64,000 nucleotides of DNA, taken from contig JAMJFQ010000001.1 in assembly GCA_023544605.1 (NCBI GenBank), positions 6,410 through 70,409 on the forward strand, given 5' to 3'. Below, piece by piece: positions 1 through 10,202 of the stretch. Under the pieces are notes generated by a model, which worked only from the letters and a program-made list of their open reading frames with translations, was not told the origin of the DNA and did not search any database. Each line of letters begins with the position of its first letter. Within the stretch, counting starts at the first letter, position 1. A program made the position numbers and the translations under genes. The DNA comes from ANME-2 cluster archaeon (GTDB lineage Archaea > Halobacteriota > Methanosarcinia > Methanosarcinales > Methanocomedenaceae).

Positions 1-874
1 CCAGTACCAGACCATGGCTTACCAGATATTCGGATAATCCCATGGTCACATCATCGAACACACTGATGCTGTCATAGATGGCGGACCCTATCTGGACCGC
101 ACATGCCCCTGCCATCATCATCTCTACAGCATCCTGGTAGTTCGCGATACCGCCTACACCTATTACCGGGATATCCAATGCCTGGTACAGGTCATAGACA
201 CACTTTACTGCCACTGGGTGTATGGCAGGTCCTGACAGGCCTCCATACAGGTTGCCAAGGATGGGATACCCGCTGTGAATATCAATAGCCATACTCCGTA
301 CTGTATTTATGGCTACCACCGCATCTGCACCTCCTCTCTGGGCAGCTTCACCGATTGCTACAATATCTGTAACATTGGGGGTCAGTTTTACCCACACAGG
401 TGCATTGGCAGTCTGTTTTGCGGCCCTGGTTATCTCTTCTACTAATAATGGGTCCGTACCCACCACTGCACCGTATCCGCTTGCATGAGGGCAGCTGACA
501 TTCAATTCATAAGCATCTGCACCATCCAGTCCGTCGATAATTTTGGAAAATTCGTCAGGGTGGGCACCGAACACGCTGGCAATCACTGGTACGCCGCTTT
601 CCTTTGCGGTATCCAGTTCGCCCCGGAACTCCTTGTATGAGGGGTTGGGCAGACCCATGGCATTCAAAAATCCACATTCCAGTTTGAACATGGTGGGATT
701 GGGATGACCCGGTTTTGGTTCGATGCCGATGGATTTAGTAACAACTGCACCTGCACCTGAATTTGCCACTCGTTTGAGAGACGAACCTGTAGTACCCAGT
801 ACGCCCGCCGCCAGTATGGTGGGATTTTTCATTCCCATCCCGGTAAGTTCAATGGACAGGTCCGGTTTGGTCAT
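1..874 (-). CDS. pyrD: Dihydroorotate dehydrogenase, N-terminal ~290 codons only (C-terminus runs off the window start)
   Basis: Not in the ORF track because it is open at the window edge. My reverse-strand translation from ATG at 874-872 reads MTKPDLSIELTGMGMKNPTILAAGVLGTTGSS...AYELNVSCPH...VAINTV, which fits the DHOD family pattern. The start lies 1 nt after the stop of the upstream aldolase gene. Confidence 0.8.
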   Translation of the reverse strand, partial: MTKPDLSIELTGMGMKNPTILAAGVLGTTGSSLKRVANSGAGAVVTKSIGIEPKPGHPNPTMFKLECGFLNAMGLPNPSYKEFRGELDTAKESGVPVIASVFGAHPDEFSKIIDGLDGADAYELNVSCPHASGYGAVVGTDPLLVEEITRAAKQTANAPVWVKLTPNVTDIVAIGEAAQRGGADAVVAINTVRSMAIDIHSGYPILGNLYGGLSGPAIHPVAVKCVYDLYQALDIPVIGVGGIANYQDAVEMMMAGACAVQIGSAIYDSISVFDDVTMGLSEYLVSHGLVL

Positions 875-875
875 A

Positions 876-1685
876 TTATCCATAGACCTCTTCTACTGAA
901 AAATCCTCATGCACTATCTTAGAGATCTTCTCAACAATAGCAGTGGGATCCTCTGCCTGGAACACGTTACGTCCTATTGCCACACCTTTGCCTCCGGCAT
1001 GTACCGAATCATACACCACCTGCATAAGGTCACGTTCAGTCTCCATCCTGGGTCCTCCGGCAACCACCACAGGGACAGGACATCCTTCCACCACTTCCCT
1101 GAATGAGTCCGGGTCGCCTGTATAATTGGTCTTGATTATATCTGCCCCCAGTTCTGCCCCCACGCGGGCTGCATGTTTTACATATTCCACATCATGTTCA
1201 GAATCGACTTTAGGTCCCCTTGGATACATCATTGCCAGAAGTGGCATACCCCATTCATCACATTTACCTGCGATCATACCCAACCCTTTCAGCATCTCGG
1301 CCTCATCGTGGGCACCCACATTTATATGGACTGACACGCAGTCAGCTCCCACCTTGATGGCCTCCTCGACTGTTGTGACCAGTACTTTGTGGTTTGGGTC
1401 CGGGCCCAGAGAGGTTGAAGCTGAAAGATGGATGATCAGTCCCACGTCCCTGCCGTAACCACGATGACCGTACTTTGGCAGACCCATATGTCCCAGTACT
1501 GCATTGGCACCGCCATCTGCTACTTTGTTCACCATAAATGAAAGGTCCTTCAAACCTTGTATCGGCCCGGCACCCACACCATGGTCCATAGGAATGATTA
1601 TGCTTTTGCCGGTTTTTCGGTTAATGATCCGCTCCATCCGAACCGATTTGCCTATATTTCCTGCCCGCAGGATATTCGTATGCAT
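876..1685 (-). CDS. DhnA-family class I aldolase, most likely ADH synthase (AroA-prime type) or archaeal FBP aldolase
   Basis: 269 aa with IIPMDHG, HLSAST and DIIKTNYTG segments typical of the DhnA/class IA aldolase fold. ADH synthase and FBP aldolase IA cannot be separated by eye. Confidence 0.65.
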   Translation of the reverse strand: MHTNILRAGNIGKSVRMERIINRKTGKSIIIPMDHGVGAGPIQGLKDLSFMVNKVADGGANAVLGHMGLPKYGHRGYGRDVGLIIHLSASTSLGPDPNHKVLVTTVEEAIKVGADCVSVHINVGAHDEAEMLKGLGMIAGKCDEWGMPLLAMMYPRGPKVDSEHDVEYVKHAARVGAELGADIIKTNYTGDPDSFREVVEGCPVPVVVAGGPRMETERDLMQVVYDSVHAGGKGVAIGRNVFQAEDPTAIVEKISKIVHEDFSVEEVYG

Positions 1686-1864
1686 AAATTACCACCTGAA
1701 TCCATTGAAAGGTTATTATGGTACTTATTTATTTAGCCACCTGTGAAATACAAGCATTATTATTCACATTAGACATATTTAATAATTGCAAATAGGTTCA
1801 TATGCTATGAATTCATATCAATAAATTGGGGTAATGTAATAAAACGAACGAAAGTGAAGTACCA

Positions 1865-2269
1865 ATGAAATTACATGAAATTTTATTGAAGGACATTATG
1901 ACCAGAGGCGTTATTACCATCAACATGGACCTCTCTGTAAAAGATGCAGCTCACCTGATGTCAAGACAGAAAGTTTCTGCAATAGCAGTTACCGATCATA
2001 CTGGTGAGATTATGGGAGTGATCTCAGAGATGGATTTGCTGAAGACCGTAAATGACGTGTCCCTGTTGGATAAACCGGTTGAGGCTGTTATGAATTATCA
2101 TGTGGTTTCTGTTAAACCTACAACTACATTGAAAACAGCGGCAGAGATCATGATGGAAAAAGGTTACCACAGGTTAATAGTCCTTTCAGAATCGGGTGTA
2201 GGTGCATCATATCGTCCTGTAGGAATAATAAGTGCCAGTGATATTGTAAAGACCATTACACAGCTCTGA
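1865..2269 (+). CDS. CBS-domain pair protein
   Basis: 134 aa made of two CBS-like repeats (IMTRGVITINMDLSVKDAAHLM... and VMNYHVVSVKPTTTLKTAAEIM...). Ends 10 nt from the convergent ClC gene. Confidence 0.75.
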   Translation: MKLHEILLKDIMTRGVITINMDLSVKDAAHLMSRQKVSAIAVTDHTGEIMGVISEMDLLKTVNDVSLLDKPVEAVMNYHVVSVKPTTTLKTAAEIMMEKGYHRLIVLSESGVGASYRPVGIISASDIVKTITQL

Positions 2270-2279
2270 GAATTGTTCG

Positions 2280-4076
2280 TTATAACTGCCGCTTACTGGC
2301 AGGGAGTCTGCAAAACTTTGAGCTTAACTGAGCATGTTCCCTGATAATATCTGATTTAGTTAACATGCCAATCATCCTGGTGGGGTTATTTCGGTCCACA
2401 ACAGGCAGCCGTCCGATCTTGTTATCCAGCAATTTCCTTAGTGCAGATTCAAGTGTCTCGTCCTCATAGGTCACCACCAGCGAGCGTGTCATAATCTCCT
2501 TCACCTGTATAGTATCCCGTTCATCAAAGGGCACTTTTTCTGCGTCCTCGAAAGTGACCATACCTACCAGTTCCAGATTGTCCAGTACAGGGTAACCGAT
2601 ATGGCGGTATTTGTGAATAAGGTTCAATACTGTCTGTACTTTTGTAGCCGGACTCACAGTAATAATGTCGCTGCACATAACATCTTTTACACTGACCAGT
2701 TCCAGTACGTCTATGGTCATTTCGCGGCGGTGGGCAGGGGAGTCTATCCGGCTGGGGACCTGCTTTTCATAAATAGACCACTTACCTGACATGACATATG
2801 CCAGGGTCGAAGCCAGCATAAGGGGCGGCAACAGGTTGTAGTTCCCGGTAAGTTCTGATACCATGATTATTGCGGCAATAGGTGTTTTTGCCACTCCGGC
2901 CAGCAGTGCAGCCATTCCTACAAGCACGAAGGTCGAGTATTCTATTACAATGGTGGGGAAGAGGGTATTGAAGGTAATCCCTAAAAACCCGCCCAGCATC
3001 GCACCGACCACCAGGGTGGGCCCGAACACACCGCCGCTACCACCACTGCTGATACTGAAGGATGTGGCAATGATCTTGGCGAATAGCAATATTATCAGCG
3101 ATCCAACTAACAGTTCCTGGTTAATGGTCAACTGGATCAACCCGTATCCCACACCCAGACTCTGGGGTACGAAAAATGCCATAATGCCCAGCAGTAAACC
3201 ACCAATGGCTGGTTTGAAATGTTTGGGTATGGCAAGTTTCCTGAAAAGGTCTCTTAGCCCGCAGAACACATGGATATAAAAAATGCCCACAGCCGCAGCC
3301 GCAATACCCAGCAGGGCATAGAATATTAGTTCGTTGGGATGATTGAACTGGTAATCGGGCATTGAGAACAGTGAATCCCAGCCGAAAAAAGAACAGAATA
3401 TAGAGTAGGCGATAGTTGACGAAATGAAAGCCGGTACAATTCCTTCTGATTCAGAACCTTGCCTGTACAGTACTTCGATGGCGAAGATGGCACCACCCAG
3501 GGGCGCCTTGAATATACTACCAATACCTGCCGCCATTCCACATATTACCAGGATACGTCGGTCCCTTTCAGTCAGGTTAAGTTTGGTCGCAAGTACTGAG
3601 CCGAAACCTGCGCTGATCTGTGCTATTGGTCCTTCCCTGCCTGCACTGCCTCCTGAACCGATGGTTATCATGGATGCAGCGGCCTTGATGAAAGGCACAC
3701 GTGTACGTATCACGCCTCTGTGCCGATGATAGGAGTCTATGACCGAATCGGTCCCGTGACCCTCTGTTTCGGGTGCATAGCCGTAGACTAAGAAGCCTGC
3801 AACCAGTCCACCAAGGGCCGGTAGAAGTATGAGCAGTAAGTGATGGGGGTTGGAGGGGGGTACGACCAACAGGTCAATATCACCCCCGGGTGTAGCAGGG
3901 TAGTATCCACCTATACCGCCCAACAGGTAGTAGGTGGAGTAATACAAACCTGAATAGAAGAGCACTGCGACCAGGCCGCCGACCACACCTACTATGGTGC
4001 TGAGCAGGGTCCATCGCTGGACCTCTTTCAGGTCGAGTTCACGTACTATCTCAGCAACCCTGCTATTGAACTTCAT
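2280..4076 (-). CDS. ClC-family chloride channel / Cl-/H+ antiporter with C-terminal CBS pair
   Basis: 598 aa with many hydrophobic segments. ClC selectivity motifs are present (GSGGSAGREGP and GGVFGPTL). The C-terminal ~140 aa form two CBS repeats. Confidence 0.9.
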   Translation of the reverse strand: MKFNSRVAEIVRELDLKEVQRWTLLSTIVGVVGGLVAVLFYSGLYYSTYYLLGGIGGYYPATPGGDIDLLVVPPSNPHHLLLILLPALGGLVAGFLVYGYAPETEGHGTDSVIDSYHRHRGVIRTRVPFIKAAASMITIGSGGSAGREGPIAQISAGFGSVLATKLNLTERDRRILVICGMAAGIGSIFKAPLGGAIFAIEVLYRQGSESEGIVPAFISSTIAYSIFCSFFGWDSLFSMPDYQFNHPNELIFYALLGIAAAAVGIFYIHVFCGLRDLFRKLAIPKHFKPAIGGLLLGIMAFFVPQSLGVGYGLIQLTINQELLVGSLIILLFAKIIATSFSISSGGSGGVFGPTLVVGAMLGGFLGITFNTLFPTIVIEYSTFVLVGMAALLAGVAKTPIAAIIMVSELTGNYNLLPPLMLASTLAYVMSGKWSIYEKQVPSRIDSPAHRREMTIDVLELVSVKDVMCSDIITVSPATKVQTVLNLIHKYRHIGYPVLDNLELVGMVTFEDAEKVPFDERDTIQVKEIMTRSLVVTYEDETLESALRKLLDNKIGRLPVVDRNNPTRMIGMLTKSDIIREHAQLSSKFCRLPASKRQL

Positions 4077-4323
4077 TGTTCAACACCAACCTTAAAAAAG
4101 GGAAATTTAATCCGGGTATGATTGGATAGTAAAAAAAATTGAACCGCGCTTTTTCGGTTTGTCCATGAATTGTTATATTTGTAGAATCCGTCTACTAAAC
4201 CTTCTTTATTTTTGTGGTTTATAATTACACCATTCATTATAAGTTTAATGATAATATAAATCATGAAAGAATAAAATGTCGTAATTACCTTGATAATACA
4301 TCTTAAAAGAGGATAAAGGAAGA

Positions 4324-4971
4324 ATGATGGAACTGATACAGGAATCGGTAATGAGTATACTGGATGAAGCACCCGACGCAGGCCATGATATCACCCACAC
4401 CCTGCGGGTCAGGGACCTGTGCCTGCATATTGCTGATACTGAAGGTGGAGACAGGCAGGTGTTGGAAGCTGCGGCCCTGTTACATGACATCGGGCGCCCG
4501 AGGGAGTTTCAGGACCCATCAGTTGACCATGCCGCCATATCCGCTCAAATGGCGCCCGATATACTCACCTCTGCAGGCTTCCCCACGCAGAAAATTCCCG
4601 CAGTTGTCTATGCAATAAAACACCATCGCTACAGTTCGGGAGTAACACCGGACAGCCTGGAAGCCAGGATCCTGCAGGACGCGGACAGGTTGGATATTTC
4701 AGGGGCTCTGGGGGCGGCTATGACCTTTGCATATTCAGGCGCTATGAACCGTAAATTGTACCATTACAGCGACCCCCTGGCCAAGCGAAGGGAAGTGGAC
4801 GGAGATGAATATGCACTGGACCACATTCTCTCAAAACTGATGCTTCTGCCCCGTTTTATGCATACCACTACGGCCCGGCGTCTGGCGCAGGAGCGAAGCA
4901 GGTTCTTGCAGGGATTTGTGGAGCAATTGGCAAGCGAGATAGATCTTGGCAGGAGGCAGCCAGATGGGTAG
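4324..4971 (+). CDS. HD-domain metal-dependent phosphohydrolase
   Basis: 215 aa with GHDITHTLRV and LLHDIGRP (H...HD...D pattern). Confidence 0.75.
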   Translation: MMELIQESVMSILDEAPDAGHDITHTLRVRDLCLHIADTEGGDRQVLEAAALLHDIGRPREFQDPSVDHAAISAQMAPDILTSAGFPTQKIPAVVYAIKHHRYSSGVTPDSLEARILQDADRLDISGALGAAMTFAYSGAMNRKLYHYSDPLAKRREVDGDEYALDHILSKLMLLPRFMHTTTARRLAQERSRFLQGFVEQLASEIDLGRRQPDG

Positions 4972-5389
4972 ACCGATAACCCCTTTATTGACCGTTGACC
5001 TGATGTTGGCCATGGGGGATAGGATTGTACTTATAAAACGGGCAAATCCTCCATACCAGGGCCAATGGGCACTACCAGGCGGATTCGTGGAGGTAGGGGA
5101 GACTGTGGAAGAAGCTGCTGTGCGTGAAGGGAATGAGGAGACCGGTCTGGATGTGGAATTGAAATCACTGGTAGGGGTATTCTCGGACCCTGGCCGTGAC
5201 CCCAGAGGCCATACTGTGAGCATCTGCTTTGCAGCACTGGGCCGGGGCATACCGCAGGCATCCACGGATGCACAGGACGTGGCAATGTTCGACCTTGACG
5301 ACCTCCCACCGCTGGCCTTCGACCATCAACATATCATCAACACGGGCAGGGAGAAATTAAGGGAGCTTATCTTCCAAGCTCAGCATTGA
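4964..5389 (+). CDS. NUDIX hydrolase
   Basis: Nudix box GGFVEVGETVEEAAVREGNEETGL (GX5EX7REUXEEXGU). The track ORF starts at 4946, but the ATG at 4964 overlaps the HD-gene stop (ATGGGTAG), suggesting translational coupling. Confidence 0.85.
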   Translation: MGRPITPLLTVDLMLAMGDRIVLIKRANPPYQGQWALPGGFVEVGETVEEAAVREGNEETGLDVELKSLVGVFSDPGRDPRGHTVSICFAALGRGIPQASTDAQDVAMFDLDDLPPLAFDHQHIINTGREKLRELIFQAQH

Positions 5390-5825
5390 TGCGCCGAAGC
5401 ACCTCCACCAACATGGTTTGCACATCGTCAGTGTGGTTGCTGCCTGCAGTCTCATCTTCCATGTCTAACAGGACGGTTATGCTCTTGGTGATGGTATGTA
5501 TGATGTCAAGCATCTCGTCTTTGGTTATCAGCCCGCTGTAATATGAATAGAACAACGTGCTGCCCGAGCGCTCCAGCTTCTTCTTGAACGATGCCCTGGC
5601 ATTGGACACTTCCTGCCTTGAATAAGGTTCATTAAAGAAGGGTACCAGTTCAGGCAGGTTCTGGCCTATCCAGGTCATCTCACTGCGCCCCTGTGCGTTC
5701 TTGAAATCGGCACAGAGCCTGGCGATAACCCATTCCCTGGCTGTGAGGTGTGTGGTCTGCTTCAACAGCCGGGTGACCTGCGAATGGTCTTTTTTTTCTA
5801 TTTTCTTGAATTTTTCATACTTCAT
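5367..5825 (-). CDS. Hypothetical protein
   Basis: 152-aa ORF with no motif I recognise. Its 3' end overlaps the convergent Nudix gene by 23 nt. Confidence 0.4.
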   Translation of the reverse strand: MKYEKFKKIEKKDHSQVTRLLKQTTHLTAREWVIARLCADFKNAQGRSEMTWIGQNLPELVPFFNEPYSRQEVSNARASFKKKLERSGSTLFYSYYSGLITKDEMLDIIHTITKSITVLLDMEDETAGSNHTDDVQTMLVEVLRRINAELGR

Positions 5826-5916
5826 TGGCGTGCCACCATTTGTATAACAACCATTGTATTACACTTAGTAATACTTCATATGTTTTAAATATATTACAGA
5901 CAACCTGTCAAGACCG

Positions 5917-6327
5917 ATGAAAATACTGCTTCCCATTGATGGGTCTGAGTTTTCCAAAAAGGCAGCCCAGGTAGCTTTGAGAATATCCAAACATCACTCT
6001 GCACACATCGTGCTGTTGCATGTGATAGCCTCATCAGGCCAGGAGAGAAAGAAGTGGATGGAGGAAGGTGCTGATAAACTGCTGGAGGTCTACACGAAAT
6101 CAATGGTGGATGATGGCCTGGATGGAGCCATGATAACGTCACTGATCGAAGATGGGGACCCGGCAGACCAGATCATTCAAACCGCTGAGTTAAATGGTGT
6201 GGACAGGATAATCATGGGGACCCATGGAAAGACCGGACTTAAGAAGATAACGGGGAGTGTCACCGAGAAGGTGCTGCGCAATTCTAAGGTGCTGGTTCTG
6301 GGAGTGCCGCCGAACTATGAGATCTGA
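5917..6327 (+). CDS. Universal stress protein (UspA family)
   Basis: 136 aa: KILLPIDGSEFS N-terminus and C-terminal IIMGTHGKTGLKKITGSVTEKVLRNSKVLVLGV (G-2x-G-9x-G-S/T ATP motif). Confidence 0.85.
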   Translation: MKILLPIDGSEFSKKAAQVALRISKHHSAHIVLLHVIASSGQERKKWMEEGADKLLEVYTKSMVDDGLDGAMITSLIEDGDPADQIIQTAELNGVDRIIMGTHGKTGLKKITGSVTEKVLRNSKVLVLGVPPNYEI

Positions 6328-6360
6328 AGGGCTTACGGGAAAACCGGAGTGTTTGTTATT

Positions 6361-7368
6361 ATGACGGGGCCGTATCTTGCAGGTGTTGATATTGGTGGTA
6401 CAAAAATAACCGTGAGCCTGGCAAACATTGAAGGGATATCTGTCAAAATTTACCAGGGTATCAGGCTGGAGGGCAGCAATACCACAATACCTGAGCAGGT
6501 TGATCTCTTATTAGGGTATGCCTGTGACCATATAGGGGTCAGGGCGGATGAGATCATGGCCGTGGGTGTGAGTTCCTGTGGTCCTTTTGTAAAAGAAAAT
6601 GATGAGTTAATAATAGCTGCACCCAACCTGTGCGGCGGACTTGCAATAGACAGAGGTATCATTCCAAATGACTGGACCAGGATACCATTGGAATCAGTCC
6701 TGTCCCGGCGGTGGGGAAGGATGACGATTGAAAATGACGGTGTGGCTGCAATTATGGCTGAAAGGCTCTTTGGGGCCGGAAGGGGTGAGGACGATGTGGT
6801 ATATGTTACCTGGAGCACCGGAATAGGAAGTGGTGCCTATGTTGACGGCAGGTTGATACATGGTAAGAATGGAAATGCCCCTCATATCGGGCACATCTAT
6901 CTTGCAGAGGACGGCCCTCCTTGTGGATGTGGTAACTTTGGAGATATGGAATCTTTGGTATCCGGGGTAGCCATTGCCCGGGACTTTGGAAGTGTTAGGT
7001 CAGCCGAAGAGGTGTTCGCTGCTTACCGCGGTGGTGATGGTAAGGCTGAAGAAATAATCAACAGGGCTGTTATAAACTTTGCCAGGGGCCTGGCTTCCAT
7101 CAATGCTGTACTGGATACAAGTGTTTTCTTGATAGGGGGCAGCGTGTTCATTAACAACATTGACATCCTGCTGCCCGGTATAGAAGCTGAGTTCTATCGT
7201 TCATTTCCTCTATTATCAGAAGACGTTGATATCAGACCCTGCGCCTTAGGCGCCTTCCTGGGAGATATGGCAGCATTTAGCCTCGTCATGCCCGATGAAT
7301 GGATAAAAAAATGGCAGGATAACAGGCCATGGGAACATGCCCCACCAGCGGTCATACTTGAAAAATAA
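6361..7368 (+). CDS. ROK-family sugar kinase (glucokinase-like)
   Basis: N-terminal GVDIGGTK phosphate-1 motif and ROK zinc signature HIGHIYL...CGCGNFGDME. The track start is 6349 (GTG); the ATG at 6361 gives MTGPYLAGVDIGGTK. Confidence 0.8.
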   Translation: MTGPYLAGVDIGGTKITVSLANIEGISVKIYQGIRLEGSNTTIPEQVDLLLGYACDHIGVRADEIMAVGVSSCGPFVKENDELIIAAPNLCGGLAIDRGIIPNDWTRIPLESVLSRRWGRMTIENDGVAAIMAERLFGAGRGEDDVVYVTWSTGIGSGAYVDGRLIHGKNGNAPHIGHIYLAEDGPPCGCGNFGDMESLVSGVAIARDFGSVRSAEEVFAAYRGGDGKAEEIINRAVINFARGLASINAVLDTSVFLIGGSVFINNIDILLPGIEAEFYRSFPLLSEDVDIRPCALGAFLGDMAAFSLVMPDEWIKKWQDNRPWEHAPPAVILEK

Positions 7369-7380
7369 GGATACTATCCT

Positions 7381-9021
7381 CTATCTCTTCATTGAATCCA
7401 CGATCTCTTTTTTAAGCCCCGGATACTTTGCCAGGTACTCGATGCGCTCTTTATTAAGGGTATCATCCATTTCTTTTATCTGCTCGTCAGTATAGTAGGT
7501 CTCGGGACTGAGACGTTTCATGTCAACTCCCTCGATGTCCTTTGCAACCTGTATGCCGAAATGGGGCTCTTCTATCCATTCAATGGTACCCCGGGAGATG
7601 TTGCGGATAATTGAGGCCATCTCTGGTATCTCTATTCGGTTGACCTTCTGTTTTATGATTCTATGCCCCTTCTCATCTACTTCTCTGACCTCACCTGAAC
7701 CGCCTGTGTTCAAGAGGTAGCATTGTACCTTATCGCTGTTATTCTTCACGAAATCGTAGAACCAGTTACCTTCATCTTCTTCATTTCCCACGATGAAAGG
7801 ATTGGTCCCGACCACGCGTACCGATTCACCTATTCTTGTAGGATCACCGGCTGAGGTCTCGATAGACTCGCCCAGCATGAAATAGGCGGCAGCCTGTTCG
7901 GGTGTCAGTTTAGACGCCATAGGTACTACAGTATTACGGCGGGTGATGAAAGCAATGATCATCCCGTCGATCTCACCTAGCGGGGGCAGGTCGATGGAAT
8001 CAGTGATGTTCTCCTCGCCCAGGTCGGTCCGCTGTATCACACCCCTGCCATTTCCTGTCAGGGTCTCATCAAGGAACTCGACCTTTCCGGTATGGTCTAC
8101 CATCACGTTCTCAAATACCGCATCCCGTCCCTGGGCTGCTTTGTATATCAGCGGTTGGTGCTCTGGATAGATGTCGGTCTTAAGGTAGAACCCTCTCTCA
8201 GTACCAAGGGCTGAACCGTCCTTCTTAAGCAATACAATATCATCCTGGACGATCTCAACACCTTCACCCTCACCGAACAGGGCATGGTTGTGGCATGAAT
8301 GGGTTGTCTTGCCTGTACCAGATAAACCAAAGAACAGCATGCTGTAGCGTTTGAGCTGTCCGCCGGGCTCCTTTGCCCGGACGATCTTAGCCCCTGCATG
8401 AATACCCAGCATATCCTGTGCCTTGGCAAACCACATGGCCATTCTTAAAAAGCCTTTCTTAGCTTCGCCCAGATAGTCTGAACCCAGTACGAAGGTGACA
8501 CCGATTTCGGGGAAAACCAGTATCTGTCTATCCTTCTCCTGCCATTCGGGTATGTATATGAGGTTCAATTTCGGGCTGATTGCCATCTGAGGGATAGTAT
8601 CAGCATCCAACAGCAGTTTTGCCCACATGTATGGCAGCCTGATCGAATCCTTCCTGTATGTTGAAACATATATGGTACATTCCGGACTGTATTCGTCATT
8701 ATCACACATCTTGCGTTTTGTGCTCACAAGAGGTGCTTTCTTAAGATAATTTGCTACCTGTTCCATTGTATTGGGCAGATTTTCCCTAATCTTCTGCTGT
8801 GCAGCATTCAATTTTGGAAGCTGGACGTCAGGGTTGCCTATGTATACGGTGACTCCTGCACTCCTGCTTTTAACTGATGTAGAAAAGTTGTAGTTACCGA
8901 ATTCAGTCTTATTGCCAACTTTCTCAGCCATATCCTGTAATTCCTGCTCAGTTGCCCGAATTACATTGGTCTGGTTGGGAAGTCCAGCAACAATCTTTCT
9001 TACGTCTTCAAGTATTTCCAT
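7381..9021 (-). CDS. pckA: Phosphoenolpyruvate carboxykinase, ATP-dependent type (divergent)
   Basis: 546 aa with kinase-1a motif FFGLSGTGKTT, plus GSDYLGEAKKG, ERGFYLKT and LLNTGGSG segments paralleling the PckA(ATP) motifs. Confidence 0.7.
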   Translation of the reverse strand: MEILEDVRKIVAGLPNQTNVIRATEQELQDMAEKVGNKTEFGNYNFSTSVKSRSAGVTVYIGNPDVQLPKLNAAQQKIRENLPNTMEQVANYLKKAPLVSTKRKMCDNDEYSPECTIYVSTYRKDSIRLPYMWAKLLLDADTIPQMAISPKLNLIYIPEWQEKDRQILVFPEIGVTFVLGSDYLGEAKKGFLRMAMWFAKAQDMLGIHAGAKIVRAKEPGGQLKRYSMLFFGLSGTGKTTHSCHNHALFGEGEGVEIVQDDIVLLKKDGSALGTERGFYLKTDIYPEHQPLIYKAAQGRDAVFENVMVDHTGKVEFLDETLTGNGRGVIQRTDLGEENITDSIDLPPLGEIDGMIIAFITRRNTVVPMASKLTPEQAAAYFMLGESIETSAGDPTRIGESVRVVGTNPFIVGNEEDEGNWFYDFVKNNSDKVQCYLLNTGGSGEVREVDEKGHRIIKQKVNRIEIPEMASIIRNISRGTIEWIEEPHFGIQVAKDIEGVDMKRLSPETYYTDEQIKEMDDTLNKERIEYLAKYPGLKKEIVDSMKR

Positions 9022-9195
9022 GCTTCCCCTCCTTGGAGGCGTACTATTTTACTTTGTCGATTTAACAATTCGATCGTTAATTTCTTTTAACGACCTGCAA
9101 CTATCGTGATCTTTCATGAACCCAATAGTAAATTAAGTTTTAGAGGTAAAATAAAATTTAAAAATTAATCACAGTTACTATGCTAAAAGGATACA

Positions 9196-9552
9196 TTATT
9201 TTACAAAGCTACCCAGGGAGGATGTGGTCTTGAGTCCCATTTCTGTAAGGTAATAAGTCTGGAAACTCCCATCACGCCGGGATTCTACCATGCCTGCATC
9301 CTTTAGCAGCTTAAGATGATACGACAGGGCAGGATATTTATATTCAGTGATCTCCACAAGCACGCACACGCACAGGTCACATACCTCCAGCGCCTTGAGA
9401 ATTCTAAGCCTTACAGGGTCACAAAGCACCCTGAACAGTGAGGCAGCTGTACTAACATCCTCATGCATTGCTTTTTTTACTTTTTGATCCATATCCGGAG
9501 ATAGTTCGTAAGGGATGATACACTCCTTTTTTTTTGGATTATTCTTCTTCAT
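9196..9552 (-). CDS. ArsR/SmtB-family winged-helix transcription regulator
   Basis: 118 aa: LCDPVRLRILKAL...CVCVLVEI...LSYHLKLLKDAGMVESRRDG, the typical ArsR HTH with a Cys cluster. Confidence 0.8.
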   Translation of the reverse strand: MKKNNPKKKECIIPYELSPDMDQKVKKAMHEDVSTAASLFRVLCDPVRLRILKALEVCDLCVCVLVEITEYKYPALSYHLKLLKDAGMVESRRDGSFQTYYLTEMGLKTTSSLGSFVK

Positions 9553-9633
9553 ATTTTCATCTATTTAAACCATCATCTTTTGTTCAGGTATTAAGATCAA
9601 ACGGTAAATAATCATTGCAGCAAAGGATAATAT

Positions 9634-10017
9634 TCAACAGCTGTCCAGCATTTCTCTTATCTGGTAAGTAATATGGTCTATTTCTACAAATAGTGGACCC
9701 AGAGATGAATTTTCGCCTGCAAGCACGACAATGAGTGCTTTGTTACCTGCACCTACTATGATAAGTTTGCTGCGTTCACATTCAATGACCACGCGTTGTG
9801 CAAGATCATTCTTCCCCTGCCCTATCATGATATCGGCCGCGTTTTTCAATGCAGAACTCATAGCTGCAAGTGTATCAGCATTGGTATTTAATGGTACTGA
9901 AGAAGCCAGATTAACACCGCTGCGGCTTGCAACAACTACTGCTTCTATGTTACCCTTTGACTTAAAGCCGATAAGCAGTTCCATCAGTTCCGCTAAAACA
10001 TCACTTGTCATGGTCAT
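9634..10017 (-). CDS. Roadblock/LC7 (MglB-like) domain protein
   Basis: 127 aa: ...IEAVVVASRSGVNLASSV...LIIVGAGNKALIVVLAG pattern typical of Roadblock/LC7. Confidence 0.65.
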   Translation of the reverse strand: MTMTSDVLAELMELLIGFKSKGNIEAVVVASRSGVNLASSVPLNTNADTLAAMSSALKNAADIMIGQGKNDLAQRVVIECERSKLIIVGAGNKALIVVLAGENSSLGPLFVEIDHITYQIREMLDSC

Positions 10018-10202
10018 AATCTATTTTGTTCACATTATAGTAAAGGTGTTTATTTTTCAATTTTATAATCTTTAACGCAATATAAATATAAGTTTGCCGC
10101 TTACATAACCCACAATATTTCAATAAATGATATTATAAGCCATATTACATATATATACGCGTCATAATAGATTGAACATGATCAATGAGGGGATGAATTA
10201 CA

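Noticed and set aside
103-288. 61-aa plus-strand ORF at the window start
   Set aside because: Antisense to the pyrD coding sequence, which translates cleanly across this region.
4073-4490. Two minus-strand ORFs (99 and 81 aa) in the ClC/HD divergent region
   Set aside because: They lie in the AT-rich promoter region and overlap the HD gene start. The Ile/Phe/Tyr-rich translation is typical of AT-rich non-coding DNA.
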